DNA from: Candidatus Gastranaerophilales bacterium
Lineage (GTDB): Bacteria > Cyanobacteriota > Vampirovibrionia > Gastranaerophilales > Gastranaerophilaceae
Reading direction: 5' to 3'
Assembly: GCA_944327275.1 (NCBI GenBank)
Contig: CALVHB010000016.1
Coordinates: forward strand, 9,169 to 73,168
Length of the DNA stretch: 64,000 nucleotides
Shown: positions 56,248 through 64,000 of the stretch, piece by piece
How positions within the stretch are numbered: position 1 is the stretch's first letter
Layout: each line of letters opens with the position of its first letter
Notes under the pieces: generated by a model
Told to the model about the DNA's origin: nothing
The model's database searches: none
Seen by the model: the letters and a program-made list of their open reading frames with translations, nothing else
Translations under genes and position numbers: made by a program

Positions 56248-57921
56248 TTATTTTAATACACCTATTACAAGTTCATCTGTTACTATAGGAGGTTTACCTT
56301 TTAAGTTTTCCATTTCAATATATGTCTCATCAAGTAATTTTTTAAATAGTTTTATAAATTGTTCTGCATTATTTTGTTTCATGTTGTAAAACAAAACCAA
56401 TTTATAAATTTCTTGAATTTCTTGAGCATCATGTATTTTTAATGTTATGTCATGGCCGTTTTTATGATCAAAAATTGTATCTTTTATTAACTTTCTAGTT
56501 ATTTCTATATTATGTCTTGTGCTTTCAGAGATGTTTTTATTTAATATTTTTTTAAGCTCTTTAGAAATTTTCATTAATGTTATCATATAAGTATTTGCCA
56601 TCATTGAGCTTTGGTCATAACCTGTTTGTTCTGAATAGTCATCAATAAATTTTGGGGTGTATTTGCTTAATTCATTCCCGAATCCTTCATCAAGTTCCGG
56701 TTTATGTTTGTAAACTTTGAAGTTGAAATCGATTCCTTTAAGGTTAATATTTTTCTTATCAGCCCATTTATAAAAATTTTCTTTGAATTTATCAGGAGTT
56801 ATGTCGATAATGAAAAATTTATTTTGATCTTCTTTTTCTTTTTTCCAAGCATGTTCCATATTTTTTGAGAAAGATTTTCTTGCCCATTCATTTTGACCCC
56901 AGAATTGTTTCATTATTTCTGATTGATCTTTTGTGAGTTTTAAAGGATTTTGCATGATTATTGAAGAATCTATTTTTTTTGATTTTAAAAATTTTGCAAG
57001 TGCAGCTTTAATTCTGTCTGCTCCAAAAATATTCCAAGCCATTTTAACTACTCTGGAAAATTCTTCTGCTTTTTCCGGATTATTGCGGTAGAATTCTTTT
57101 TGTCTTTCTGACATTTGATATATTTTTTCAGGGTTTTCAGAGTAATGTTTAATAAGCTCTTCGGAAATTCTTTGTTTGTGTTCCTCACTAAGAGGTCCAC
57201 GTTTTATATACACTGGTTCTCCGTCTTCCATTTGAGCTTTTCTATCTAATGCTGCAAGTCTTTTTTCAGTCATTTTTTTTGCCAGACGTTCATTGTATTC
57301 TGCATCAGAAAATTTTAGGATATGTCCATAATTTTTATCAGCTCGGGGGATATTTAATTTTTTCATTGTATAGTATAAATCTTTTCCATCAGAGTACCTT
57401 TTTAGGTCATTTAATGAAAAACCTTCTCCCCAATATAATTTTATTAATTGTACGGATAAATCTTCATCATTATCAAAATATTCAAGTTCTCCTTTTTTGA
57501 ATGCATCTATGAAAGAACCGTTTTCACAGTTAACATCTTTAGACGAGATTACGCCCTCAAATTCAGGGAATCTGGATTTAATTTCCTCTAAAGATGTACA
57601 TTCTTTAAGATTGGAGAAATATCTTTTGTGTATATCAATAAGATTTTCTTTTGCTTTATTCCCTTCAGATAAAATCATTCCTGCCCATTCTCTTATATTT
57701 TTTGGGTAGACTGATGAGTTTTTTTCGGCAAATTTATCCAACTGTCGAATAGTTTCTGCTAAATTCAAACTGTAACCGCCGGTAAAGGCCAAATATTGCG
57801 CGGTAGTAGGGAGGATATTTGACGTTTGCGGCTGTTGTCCATTTGATGTGGGTTGTTCTGTATATTTATAAGATTGTGGGGTTTTAGTAATTTGATAATT
57901 TTGTACGTTATTAATTTTCAT
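56248..57921 (-). CDS. large hypothetical protein inserted between fabZ and lpxA
   Basis: 557 aa. The N-terminus is MKINNVQNYQITK...QYLAFTGG. The protein is Lys/Glu-rich with no catalytic motif recognised. Confidence 0.6.
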   Translation of the reverse strand: MKINNVQNYQITKTPQSYKYTEQPTSNGQQPQTSNILPTTAQYLAFTGGYSLNLAETIRQLDKFAEKNSSVYPKNIREWAGMILSEGNKAKENLIDIHKRYFSNLKECTSLEEIKSRFPEFEGVISSKDVNCENGSFIDAFKKGELEYFDNDEDLSVQLIKLYWGEGFSLNDLKRYSDGKDLYYTMKKLNIPRADKNYGHILKFSDAEYNERLAKKMTEKRLAALDRKAQMEDGEPVYIKRGPLSEEHKQRISEELIKHYSENPEKIYQMSERQKEFYRNNPEKAEEFSRVVKMAWNIFGADRIKAALAKFLKSKKIDSSIIMQNPLKLTKDQSEIMKQFWGQNEWARKSFSKNMEHAWKKEKEDQNKFFIIDITPDKFKENFYKWADKKNINLKGIDFNFKVYKHKPELDEGFGNELSKYTPKFIDDYSEQTGYDQSSMMANTYMITLMKISKELKKILNKNISESTRHNIEITRKLIKDTIFDHKNGHDITLKIHDAQEIQEIYKLVLFYNMKQNNAEQFIKLFKKLLDETYIEMENLKGKPPIVTDELVIGVLK

Positions 57922-57922
57922 A

Positions 57923-57950
57923 TTTTCACCTTTATATATAAAGGTGAAAA
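57923..57950 (-). promoter_or_regulatory. perfect 28 bp palindrome containing the Shine-Dalgarno of gene 56248-57921
   Basis: TTTTCACCTTTATA|TATAAAGGTGAAAA. On the mRNA the 3' arm, ...AAAGGUGAAAA, ends 1 nt before the AUG. Confidence 0.5.
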
Positions 57951-57976
57951 ATAATTTTTTTTTGCTAGTAAAACAA

Positions 57977-58009
57977 AAATAAATCAGAAAAAATTTTTCT
58001 GATTTATTT
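57977..58009 (-). terminator. AT-rich palindrome downstream of fabZ (weak terminator candidate)
   Basis: AAATAAATCAGAAAAA / TTTTTCTGATTTATTT, with only 2 G:C pairs. Confidence 0.3.
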
Positions 58010-58046
58010 TTATGTTTTTATTTATTTAATTTTTAAAGTTGATTAA

Positions 58047-58499
58047 CTATTTTAAAGCAAAAGTCATATCTGCTTCTACACAAACTTTTCCGTCAACTTT
58101 ACCAACACCGTGAGCTTTGCAAACAGGTCCTTTTACTTTTGTAAGTTCTACTTCCATTTCAAATCTGTCACCAGGTCTTACGATATTTTTGAATCTTACG
58201 TTATCTACTCCTGCGTACAAAGTTAGTTTTCCTGTGAATTCAGGCATTGTCATTAAGATAGGTGCTGAACATTGTGCCATTGCTTCTAATTGCAATACGC
58301 CAGGCATGATTGGGTTATTTGGGAAGTGGCCTTGGAAAAATTCTTCGTTCATTGTTAAGTTTTTATATCCTTTTGCGCTTTTCCCAGGGATACATTCAGT
58401 AATTCTATCCACAAGTAAAAACGGATAGCGGTGAGGAATCATTTTCATGATGTCCATAATGTCAAAACTTAATGCTTCTGTTTTTGTTTCTTCTGTCAT
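58047..58499 (-). CDS. fabZ: 3-hydroxyacyl-ACP dehydratase
   Basis: IPHRYPFLLVDRI and FFQGHFPNNPIMPGVLQLEAMAQ. Confidence 0.9.
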   Translation of the reverse strand: MTEETKTEALSFDIMDIMKMIPHRYPFLLVDRITECIPGKSAKGYKNLTMNEEFFQGHFPNNPIMPGVLQLEAMAQCSAPILMTMPEFTGKLTLYAGVDNVRFKNIVRPGDRFEMEVELTKVKGPVCKAHGVGKVDGKVCVEADMTFALK

Positions 58500-58510
58500 T
58501 TTTTCTCTCC

Positions 58511-59329
58511 TTATTTACATTCTATCAATTTATCTTTCAAAATTTTTGCTGTTTTAATATGTACAGCATGTCCTGCTTCTTTTACCAAAATCTGGCATTT
58601 TAAATTTAAAGGATTGATACCTGTGAGGTATAAATCTCCTATTAAATCAAGCATTTTATGTTTTATCGGTTCATTTTCAGATCTTAATTCGGATGTATAA
58701 CCTTCATCTTGAAGACCCAAAGTATTTTCAATATTTACACCTTGAGCAAATCCAAGCATTTGAAATTTTCTTAAATCTTTATAAAATCCGAAAGTTCTTG
58801 CTTCAATTATTTCCTGTTTGTTTTTAGGGTTGTATGAAACCCAGCGTCTTGTTAAATCAGGATGATCATAATTTACAGCATATGAAACGTATAATTCTTT
58901 GTCAGGTAAAATCACAAGACTTGTCTTATCGTTCAAATAATATACAGGCTCACTTACTGTGTAGTATTTTGGTTTTTCAAAAAGATGTTTTTCTATACCT
59001 GCTTTTTCAAATAGTTCTACCCATTTTTTAGAACTGCCGTCCAAAGCTGGGACTTCCATCTCGTCCATACAAATATCAATGCTGTCAATTCCGCAAAAAG
59101 CTAATGCTGCACTCAAATGCTCTGTTAACATAGCTTTTGCTTTGTTGTTACCAAGTACTACACAATGATCAGTGGATAGTACGTTATCAACGCTTGCTTC
59201 AAAAGCTTCTGAACCTTTTACAAAATATCTTATCTTCCCTGTCTTTGAAGGAAAAAAGTTTACAGTACAAGGTTTATTTTTCATTAGACCGTTGCCGGTG
59301 ATTGATATTTCCTTAAGAATTGTGGTCAT
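58511..59329 (-). CDS. lpxC: UDP-3-O-acyl-N-acetylglucosamine deacetylase
   Basis: 272 aa with TEHLSAAL, HKMLDLIGDLYL and GHAVH. Confidence 0.85.
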   Translation of the reverse strand: MTTILKEISITGNGLMKNKPCTVNFFPSKTGKIRYFVKGSEAFEASVDNVLSTDHCVVLGNNKAKAMLTEHLSAALAFCGIDSIDICMDEMEVPALDGSSKKWVELFEKAGIEKHLFEKPKYYTVSEPVYYLNDKTSLVILPDKELYVSYAVNYDHPDLTRRWVSYNPKNKQEIIEARTFGFYKDLRKFQMLGFAQGVNIENTLGLQDEGYTSELRSENEPIKHKMLDLIGDLYLTGINPLNLKCQILVKEAGHAVHIKTAKILKDKLIECK

Positions 59330-60416
59330 TGTTTATGTTATCCTCAAATTCTTTTAGTAACGGTTCATATTTTCTGAATTTTGAAAATATTTCTTGAGCA
59401 TCTTTTAATGTTTTTAGTTGTTTAATGAAATCTTTTCTAGGCATAGCAGGAATACCAACAACTATTGATTTTTCAGGGAATGATTTTGTAACACCTGCTT
59501 TAGCTGTAATAATAGTATCAGAACCAATTTCAATATGGTCTGCAAGTCCTGCTTGGCCTGCGATTGTTACTCTGTCTCCAATTACACAGCTTCCTGCAAT
59601 ACCTACTTGTGATACGATAAAGCAGCCTTGCCCAACTTTACAGTTATGTCCAATCATTACAAGGTCATCAATTTTTGTGTTATCGCCTATTACGGTATTT
59701 TCTATTGTACCCCTGTCAATTGCAGTGTTAGCTCCTATTTCAACATTGTTACCTATTTCAACAGAGCCTATTGAAGGGATTTTGAATATAACTTGTTTAG
59801 TTAAAGCTTCTTTTATTTCCCCTTCTTTTCTTGCTTGTTCAATGTTATCAGGATTTTCTGTTACAAAGCTGAAACCGTCAGCTCCAAGAGATACTCCATG
59901 ATGTAGGATAACATCATTACCAACTTTTACGCGATCACCAATATTTACACCCGCATGGAAGAAACAATTTTTACCAATTTTTGCTCCCCCTCCAATGTAT
60001 GAGTTTGCTAAAATCTTTGTGTTATCGCCGATTTCTGCATCATGAGAAATTACAACATTAGGTCCGATTTGAACATTTTCACCTAATTTAGCTGTTTCAT
60101 GTACTACTGCTGTAGGGTGTACTCCTTTATTTACTTCAGGTGCAGTGTAGAAAAGATTTAGAAGTTTCATCATAGCTAATCTAGGTCTTTCTACTTCAAT
60201 TGTTGTGAAACCGTCAATTTGTACTCCAAGAGGTACTAATGCAGCTTTAGCTTTTGATTTTGCCAGGTTTGCAATTTCTTCTTCTCCAAGAGCTAGAGCT
60301 AAAGTGTTTTCATCAGAAAGCAAAGGTGGTGCAATTTGTGTAATTTTAACATCTGATACCTTTGTCAACATTCCGCCTGTTAGTTGCGTAATTTCTTCTA
60401 ATGTAAAAGTTTTCAT
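59313..60416 (-). CDS. lpxD: UDP-3-O-(3-hydroxyacyl)glucosamine N-acyltransferase
   Basis: 367 aa with an N-terminal LEEITQLTGG domain followed by a long hexapeptide-repeat region. It overlaps lpxC by 17 nt. Confidence 0.85.
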   Translation of the reverse strand: MKTFTLEEITQLTGGMLTKVSDVKITQIAPPLLSDENTLALALGEEEIANLAKSKAKAALVPLGVQIDGFTTIEVERPRLAMMKLLNLFYTAPEVNKGVHPTAVVHETAKLGENVQIGPNVVISHDAEIGDNTKILANSYIGGGAKIGKNCFFHAGVNIGDRVKVGNDVILHHGVSLGADGFSFVTENPDNIEQARKEGEIKEALTKQVIFKIPSIGSVEIGNNVEIGANTAIDRGTIENTVIGDNTKIDDLVMIGHNCKVGQGCFIVSQVGIAGSCVIGDRVTIAGQAGLADHIEIGSDTIITAKAGVTKSFPEKSIVVGIPAMPRKDFIKQLKTLKDAQEIFSKFRKYEPLLKEFEDNINNDHNS

Positions 60417-60437
60417 ATATATGTCTCCTTTTGTAAT

Positions 60438-60902
60438 TTATTGTTTTTTCATTTTTTCAATGGTGTTTGTTGTTGATTTGCCTTGAACGAATTCAATAAA
60501 TTCAACTCGTGTTTTATTTTTTATCATAATATCTGCTTCAGGCAGTGTTTCCATATTGTAATCTGCACCTTTTGTGTAAACATCCGGTTTTATTTCATCT
60601 AAAAGATTCTTAGGACTATCTTCATCAAATAATACCACATAATCCACACATCTCAAAGCGCTTAATATTTCAGCTCTGTCGTTTTCATTGTTAATTGGGC
60701 GAGTAGGGCCTTTTATGCTTTTTACAGATTTGTCTGAATTTAACAAAACTATTGAAAAATCCGCAAAAGATTTTGTTTTTTCTAAATATCTTACGTGTCC
60801 AACGTGTAAAATATCAAAGCATCCATTAGTACATACAACGGTTTTTCCTGAATGATGGATTGCATCTACTAAAGCCCTTATATCTTCTCTTTTTACTAAC
60901 AT
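60438..60902 (-). CDS. D-glycero-beta-D-manno-heptose 1-phosphate adenylyltransferase (stand-alone HldE C-domain type)
   Basis: 154 aa with the cytidylyltransferase motif TNGCFDILHVGHVRYL. Confidence 0.75.
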   Translation of the reverse strand: MLVKREDIRALVDAIHHSGKTVVCTNGCFDILHVGHVRYLEKTKSFADFSIVLLNSDKSVKSIKGPTRPINNENDRAEILSALRCVDYVVLFDEDSPKNLLDEIKPDVYTKGADYNMETLPEADIMIKNKTRVEFIEFVQGKSTTNTIEKMKKQ

Positions 60903-60980
60903 ATCCCTTCCTTTATATAGAAGTTATTTTAGCAGAAAAAACCCTAAAAATCCCTAAAAGTTACCTTTTGTTAAGCATTA

Positions 60981-61000
60981 AAAAACCCGCTTGTGCGGGT
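60981..61000 (-). terminator. intrinsic terminator
   Basis: ACCCGC-ttgt-GCGGGT. On the minus strand it is followed by T5. Confidence 0.7.
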
Positions 61001-61011
61001 CTTTTGATTTT

Positions 61012-61149
61012 TTATGCGATTTGTAATGTTTGTTCAAGGTAATCGCATGTTAGTCTTGGTAAATCAACGTCCTTTTCTTGTTCTTTAGATTGTGCTTTAG
61101 TTCGCTCAACTTCTTTTTTGGGACATTGCTTCTTTGATAATTTTTCCAT
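61012..61149 (-). CDS. small basic hypothetical protein (45 aa)
   Basis: ATG 61149 behind AAAGGGGA. The sequence is MEKLSKKQCPKKEVERTKAQSKEQEKDVDLPRLTCDYLEQTLQIA. A terminator follows immediately. Confidence 0.35.
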   Translation of the reverse strand: MEKLSKKQCPKKEVERTKAQSKEQEKDVDLPRLTCDYLEQTLQIA

Positions 61150-61266
61150 AGTAATTTTTTCCCCTTTTATTGTTCCTATATTTATAAAAACATTCACGCT
61201 GAAAAAATTGCTATTTTTTAGAAAAATATGTTAAATTTTTTCAAAAATATGTTCAGTTAGATGGCA

Positions 61267-62283
61267 TTAAAACAAGTCCATTTCTATAATTTTTTGGCAT
61301 ATTCTTACTGTATTTAGAGCTGCTCCGATTCTTAAATTATCTGCAACACACCATAAAGAAATTCCGTTTTTAAATGCAAGATTTTTTCTTATGCGTCCAA
61401 CAAATACAGGGTCTACTCCGGATGCATCACGAGTTGTCGGATAATCAAAGTTTTCAGGATTATCTATAACTTTTACGCCAAAACTGCTTTCAAGAATTTT
61501 TCGAACTTCATCAGGTTGAACGCTTTGTTCAAATTCAATATCAACAGCTTCAGAATGCCCATTGAATACAGGTACTCTCGCCGCAGTACAAGAAATTGGT
61601 GTATCTGCATCCAGGTGGAGAATTTTTTTTGTTTCATTTACAACTTTCATTTCTTCTTTTGTATAACCGTTTTCACAGAATACATCTATTTGAGGTATTA
61701 CGTTAAAAGATATTGGTTTTTTGAAACAAATATTTTCAAATTTTTCACCTTTCAAATTAGCTTCGGTATCTGCTTTTAATTCTTTAATTGCAGCAAGTCC
61801 TGCTCCTGAAACTGCTTGATATGTTGATACTATTAATCTTTTAATTTTGAATTTGTCATTTAAAGGTTTTAGTACAAGCATTAATTGAGAGGTAGAACAG
61901 TTTGGATTAGATATTATCCCTTTATGTTTTTTTAAATCTTCATCATTTACATAGGCTATTACAAGAGGAACATCTTTTTCCATTCTGAATGCTGAAGAAT
62001 TATCAATTAATACTCCGCCGCGTTTGACGATTTCCGGTGCAAATTTTTGAGAAGTAGATCCCCCAGCAGATGCAAGGACAATGTTTACACCATCAAAACT
62101 TTCCGGTTTAGCTTCTTCAACGGTATAAGTTTTTCCCTGAAACTCTAATTTGGTTCCGGCAGATTTTGCACTTGATAAGAATTTAATTTCGTTAAATTCT
62201 ATTCCTAACTCATCTACAATTTTTGTAATTTCTCGTCCTACAACTCCGGTAGCTCCAAGAATTGCGATATTTGGTTTTCTCAT
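61267..62283 (-). CDS. asd: aspartate-semialdehyde dehydrogenase
   Basis: IAILGATGVVG, and NPNCSTSQL with the active-site Cys. Confidence 0.9.
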   Translation of the reverse strand: MRKPNIAILGATGVVGREITKIVDELGIEFNEIKFLSSAKSAGTKLEFQGKTYTVEEAKPESFDGVNIVLASAGGSTSQKFAPEIVKRGGVLIDNSSAFRMEKDVPLVIAYVNDEDLKKHKGIISNPNCSTSQLMLVLKPLNDKFKIKRLIVSTYQAVSGAGLAAIKELKADTEANLKGEKFENICFKKPISFNVIPQIDVFCENGYTKEEMKVVNETKKILHLDADTPISCTAARVPVFNGHSEAVDIEFEQSVQPDEVRKILESSFGVKVIDNPENFDYPTTRDASGVDPVFVGRIRKNLAFKNGISLWCVADNLRIGAALNTVRICQKIIEMDLF

Positions 62284-62293
62284 TTACTTCCCC

Positions 62294-63043
62294 TTATAAA
62301 ATGTTATCCAGACCGTATACAAAATCATTTTTTTCAAAAACGTGTTTTACTGCTAAAAGCACACCTTGCATATAGCATTTTCTATCCATTGAATCATGTC
62401 TGATTGTCATGATTTGACCTGAAGATCCAAAGATTACTTCTTGAGATGCAATGTATCCAGGCATTCTTACTGAATGAATATGGATGTTTGAATAAGAGTT
62501 TCCTCCTCTCGCTCCATCAATAGTTTCAGTTTCAGGACAATTATTTTTTGTAAAATCATTTTTTACTTCTGCCATCATAGAGGCTGTTTTTATAGCGGTT
62601 CCTGATGGAGCATCTTTCTTTTGATTATGATGAAGTTCAATGATTTCTGCATTATCGAAATATTTTGAAGCTTGTTTTGCAAACATCATCATTAATACAG
62701 CTCCTGTTGAGAAATTAGGAGCAATAAAGCAACCTGTATTTTTTTCTTTTGAAAGTCTGTTAAGGTATTCTATCTCTTCATCTTTTAATCCTGTAGTACC
62801 AATGACAATTTTTATACCATTATTAAGGCAGTATTTTGCGTTTTCAAATATTGATTTAGGTTGTGTAAAGTCTACTAATACATCAATATCTACAACTCTG
62901 TGGGCATCTTCAATCGAATGATACATTTCTTGATTTGCAATATCAATTTTAGCGACTAATTCGGTATCATTACAGTCCATTACTGCATTAACAACCTCTT
63001 GTCCCATTTTTCCTAAAGCTCCGCATACCGCTACTTTTATCAT
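62294..63043 (-). CDS. dapB: 4-hydroxy-tetrahydrodipicolinate reductase
   Basis: VAVCGALGKMGQEV and ELHHNQKKDAPSGTA. Confidence 0.9.
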   Translation of the reverse strand: MIKVAVCGALGKMGQEVVNAVMDCNDTELVAKIDIANQEMYHSIEDAHRVVDIDVLVDFTQPKSIFENAKYCLNNGIKIVIGTTGLKDEEIEYLNRLSKEKNTGCFIAPNFSTGAVLMMMFAKQASKYFDNAEIIELHHNQKKDAPSGTAIKTASMMAEVKNDFTKNNCPETETIDGARGGNSYSNIHIHSVRMPGYIASQEVIFGSSGQIMTIRHDSMDRKCYMQGVLLAVKHVFEKNDFVYGLDNIL

Positions 63044-63135
63044 TTTATCTCTCCTTTTACAATTAACTTTACTTTAACATAAAAATAACTTTTCTGTGCT
63101 AAAATATGGAATGTACATGAAATAAGGAGAGAAAA

Positions 63136-63369
63136 ATGGCAGATGCAAAAATTTTAGCTACTATTGAAAGAAGTGATACTGAACAATTACAAATATCTGT
63201 TAGTGAATATAAAGGAAGAAGTTATTTGAATATGAGAATATTCTACACAACAGATGATGGTGCAACTTGGTTACCTACAAAAAAAGGTGTTACTTTTTCT
63301 CCTGATCAGCTTGATTTGTTGGAAGAAGCTATACAAGAAGCTCGTAAGGAGTTTATGGCTGAAGAATAA
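63136..63369 (+). CDS. PC4/YdbC-like small ssDNA-binding-fold protein
   Basis: 77 aa. The pattern EQLQISVSEYKGRSYLNMRIFY...LPTKKGVTFSPDQL resembles bacterial PC4-like proteins. Confidence 0.45.
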   Translation: MADAKILATIERSDTEQLQISVSEYKGRSYLNMRIFYTTDDGATWLPTKKGVTFSPDQLDLLEEAIQEARKEFMAEE

Positions 63370-64000
63370 TGAAATACGCTCTTGCTCTGGTAAATATTAA
63401 AGCTCTTGGGGTTAAGACTTTTTCATACCTTATTCCTGATGAGATGAAAGATAAAATTCAAATAGGACAAGCGATACTTGTTCCTTTTGGCAGGCAGGGG
63501 CTTATTAATGCTTTTTGTGTGGGGTTTTCGGATTATTTGCCAGGGGATTTTAAGGTTAAAAAAATTAACAAAATTCTCGATGAAACCCCACTTTTTTCAA
63601 TAGATTATTTGAAACTTTTGGAATGGGTTGCTAATTACTATTGTTGTGATTTGGTTACTGTTTTGAATGCTGCGATTCCTTTGAAGTTGATTGAAAAGGC
63701 TTCAAAGATGGAATATTTGATTGAATTTGTAACTTATGAAGGCGCGACAAAAAGACAAAAAGAGATTTTGGAAGTGCTTGAAAAATCAGGGAAGATGCCC
63801 TTAATTTTATTTGAAAAAACAGTAAAAACAACAAGAGCTACTATAAAAAAACTTGAAGGATTAGGGTGTGTAAATCTTATTCAAGAAGAGTTGTATAGAA
63901 ATCCTTTGGATATTTTAAGAATTACTGAAAGGGAAGATTTATTTGAACTTTCTGGTGAACAAAAGGCAGTTTATGATGGTATAAAGACAAAATTTGAAAA
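63369..64000 (+). CDS. priA: primosomal protein N' (PriA), N-terminal part; 3' end lies outside the window
   Basis: ATG 63369 overlaps the upstream TAA (TAATG), and the frame is open to the window end. The sequence is MKYALALVNIKALGVKTFSYLIPDEMKDKIQIGQAILVPFGRQGLINAF. Confidence 0.7.
   Translation, partial: MKYALALVNIKALGVKTFSYLIPDEMKDKIQIGQAILVPFGRQGLINAFCVGFSDYLPGDFKVKKINKILDETPLFSIDYLKLLEWVANYYCCDLVTVLNAAIPLKLIEKASKMEYLIEFVTYEGATKRQKEILEVLEKSGKMPLILFEKTVKTTRATIKKLEGLGCVNLIQEELYRNPLDILRITEREDLFELSGEQKAVYDGIKTKFE

Noticed and set aside
56248-57921. NUMOD3-like segment (RGPLSEEHKQRISEE) hinting at a homing endonuclease between fabZ and lpxA.
   Set aside because: No GIY-YIG, HNH or LAGLIDADG nuclease motif is visible anywhere in the protein. 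A single short match is insufficient.
1-64000. Scan for CRISPR arrays, tRNA/rRNA genes, IS elements, integrases, prophage or known defence-system genes.
   Set aside because: I saw no regularly spaced direct repeats, no tRNA T-loop (GGTTCGAAT-type) context, no rRNA-like stretch, and no transposase, integrase or phage-structural motifs in any of the listed ORFs.

Overview
The window is an AT-rich chromosomal segment (about 30% G+C by eye) from a diderm bacterium. An lpxD-lpxC-fabZ...lpxA lipid A block and a heptose-phosphate adenylyltransferase gene are present. I recognised about 75 protein-coding genes and no rRNA, tRNA, CRISPR array, transposase or integrase. The PBS-lyase-type HEAT-repeat protein, the PPi-dependent PFK and the overall composition suggest a non-photosynthetic cyanobacteria-related or similar gut lineage, but that is only a guess.

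The main accessory feature is a roughly 13.5 kb aryl-polyene-type (type II FAS/PKS-like) gene cluster at 336-13790, split into two divergent operons. It contains 2 ketosynthases (KS), a chain-length-factor-like (CLF-like) protein, a ketoreductase (KR), 2 dehydratases (DH), 2 acyl carrier proteins (ACPs), an adenylating ANL-family enzyme, a thioesterase, a methyltransferase, 2 acyltransferases, a LolA-like carrier and an MMPL exporter. A HAD phosphatase and a DtxR-family repressor are translationally coupled to its 3' end.

The rest is housekeeping:
- ispE, rsmA, tadA, rimI, hpf, pfp and glk
- holA, holB, asd, dapB, priA and ubiE/menG
- ferritin, a beta-carbonic anhydrase and mntP

There is also signalling machinery: two two-component-type kinases, an OmpR-type regulator, a GGDEF+HD-GYP protein and a degenerate REC-GGDEF protein.

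Observations worth follow-up:
1. A recurrent N-terminal signature (M-x-I-Q/N ... P-S-F-x-G) sits on otherwise unrelated enzyme-like proteins scattered through the window.
2. The two cluster operons start 14 bp apart, with mirror-image extended -10 elements that predict leaderless mRNAs.
3. The first transmembrane helix of the MMPL exporter is encoded upstream of any canonical start codon.
4. A perfect DtxR-like palindrome lies downstream of the repressor gene.
5. A GC-enriched, hairpin-rich 270-300 nt non-coding stretch lies between gshA-like and hsp20.
6. A prepilin gene is broken by one in-frame TAA and preceded by a G10/C10 tract in its promoter.
7. A large orphan gene is inserted between fabZ and lpxA, and its Shine-Dalgarno lies inside a perfect 28 bp palindrome.

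All product calls rest on motifs read by eye from the supplied translations. No database search was possible.
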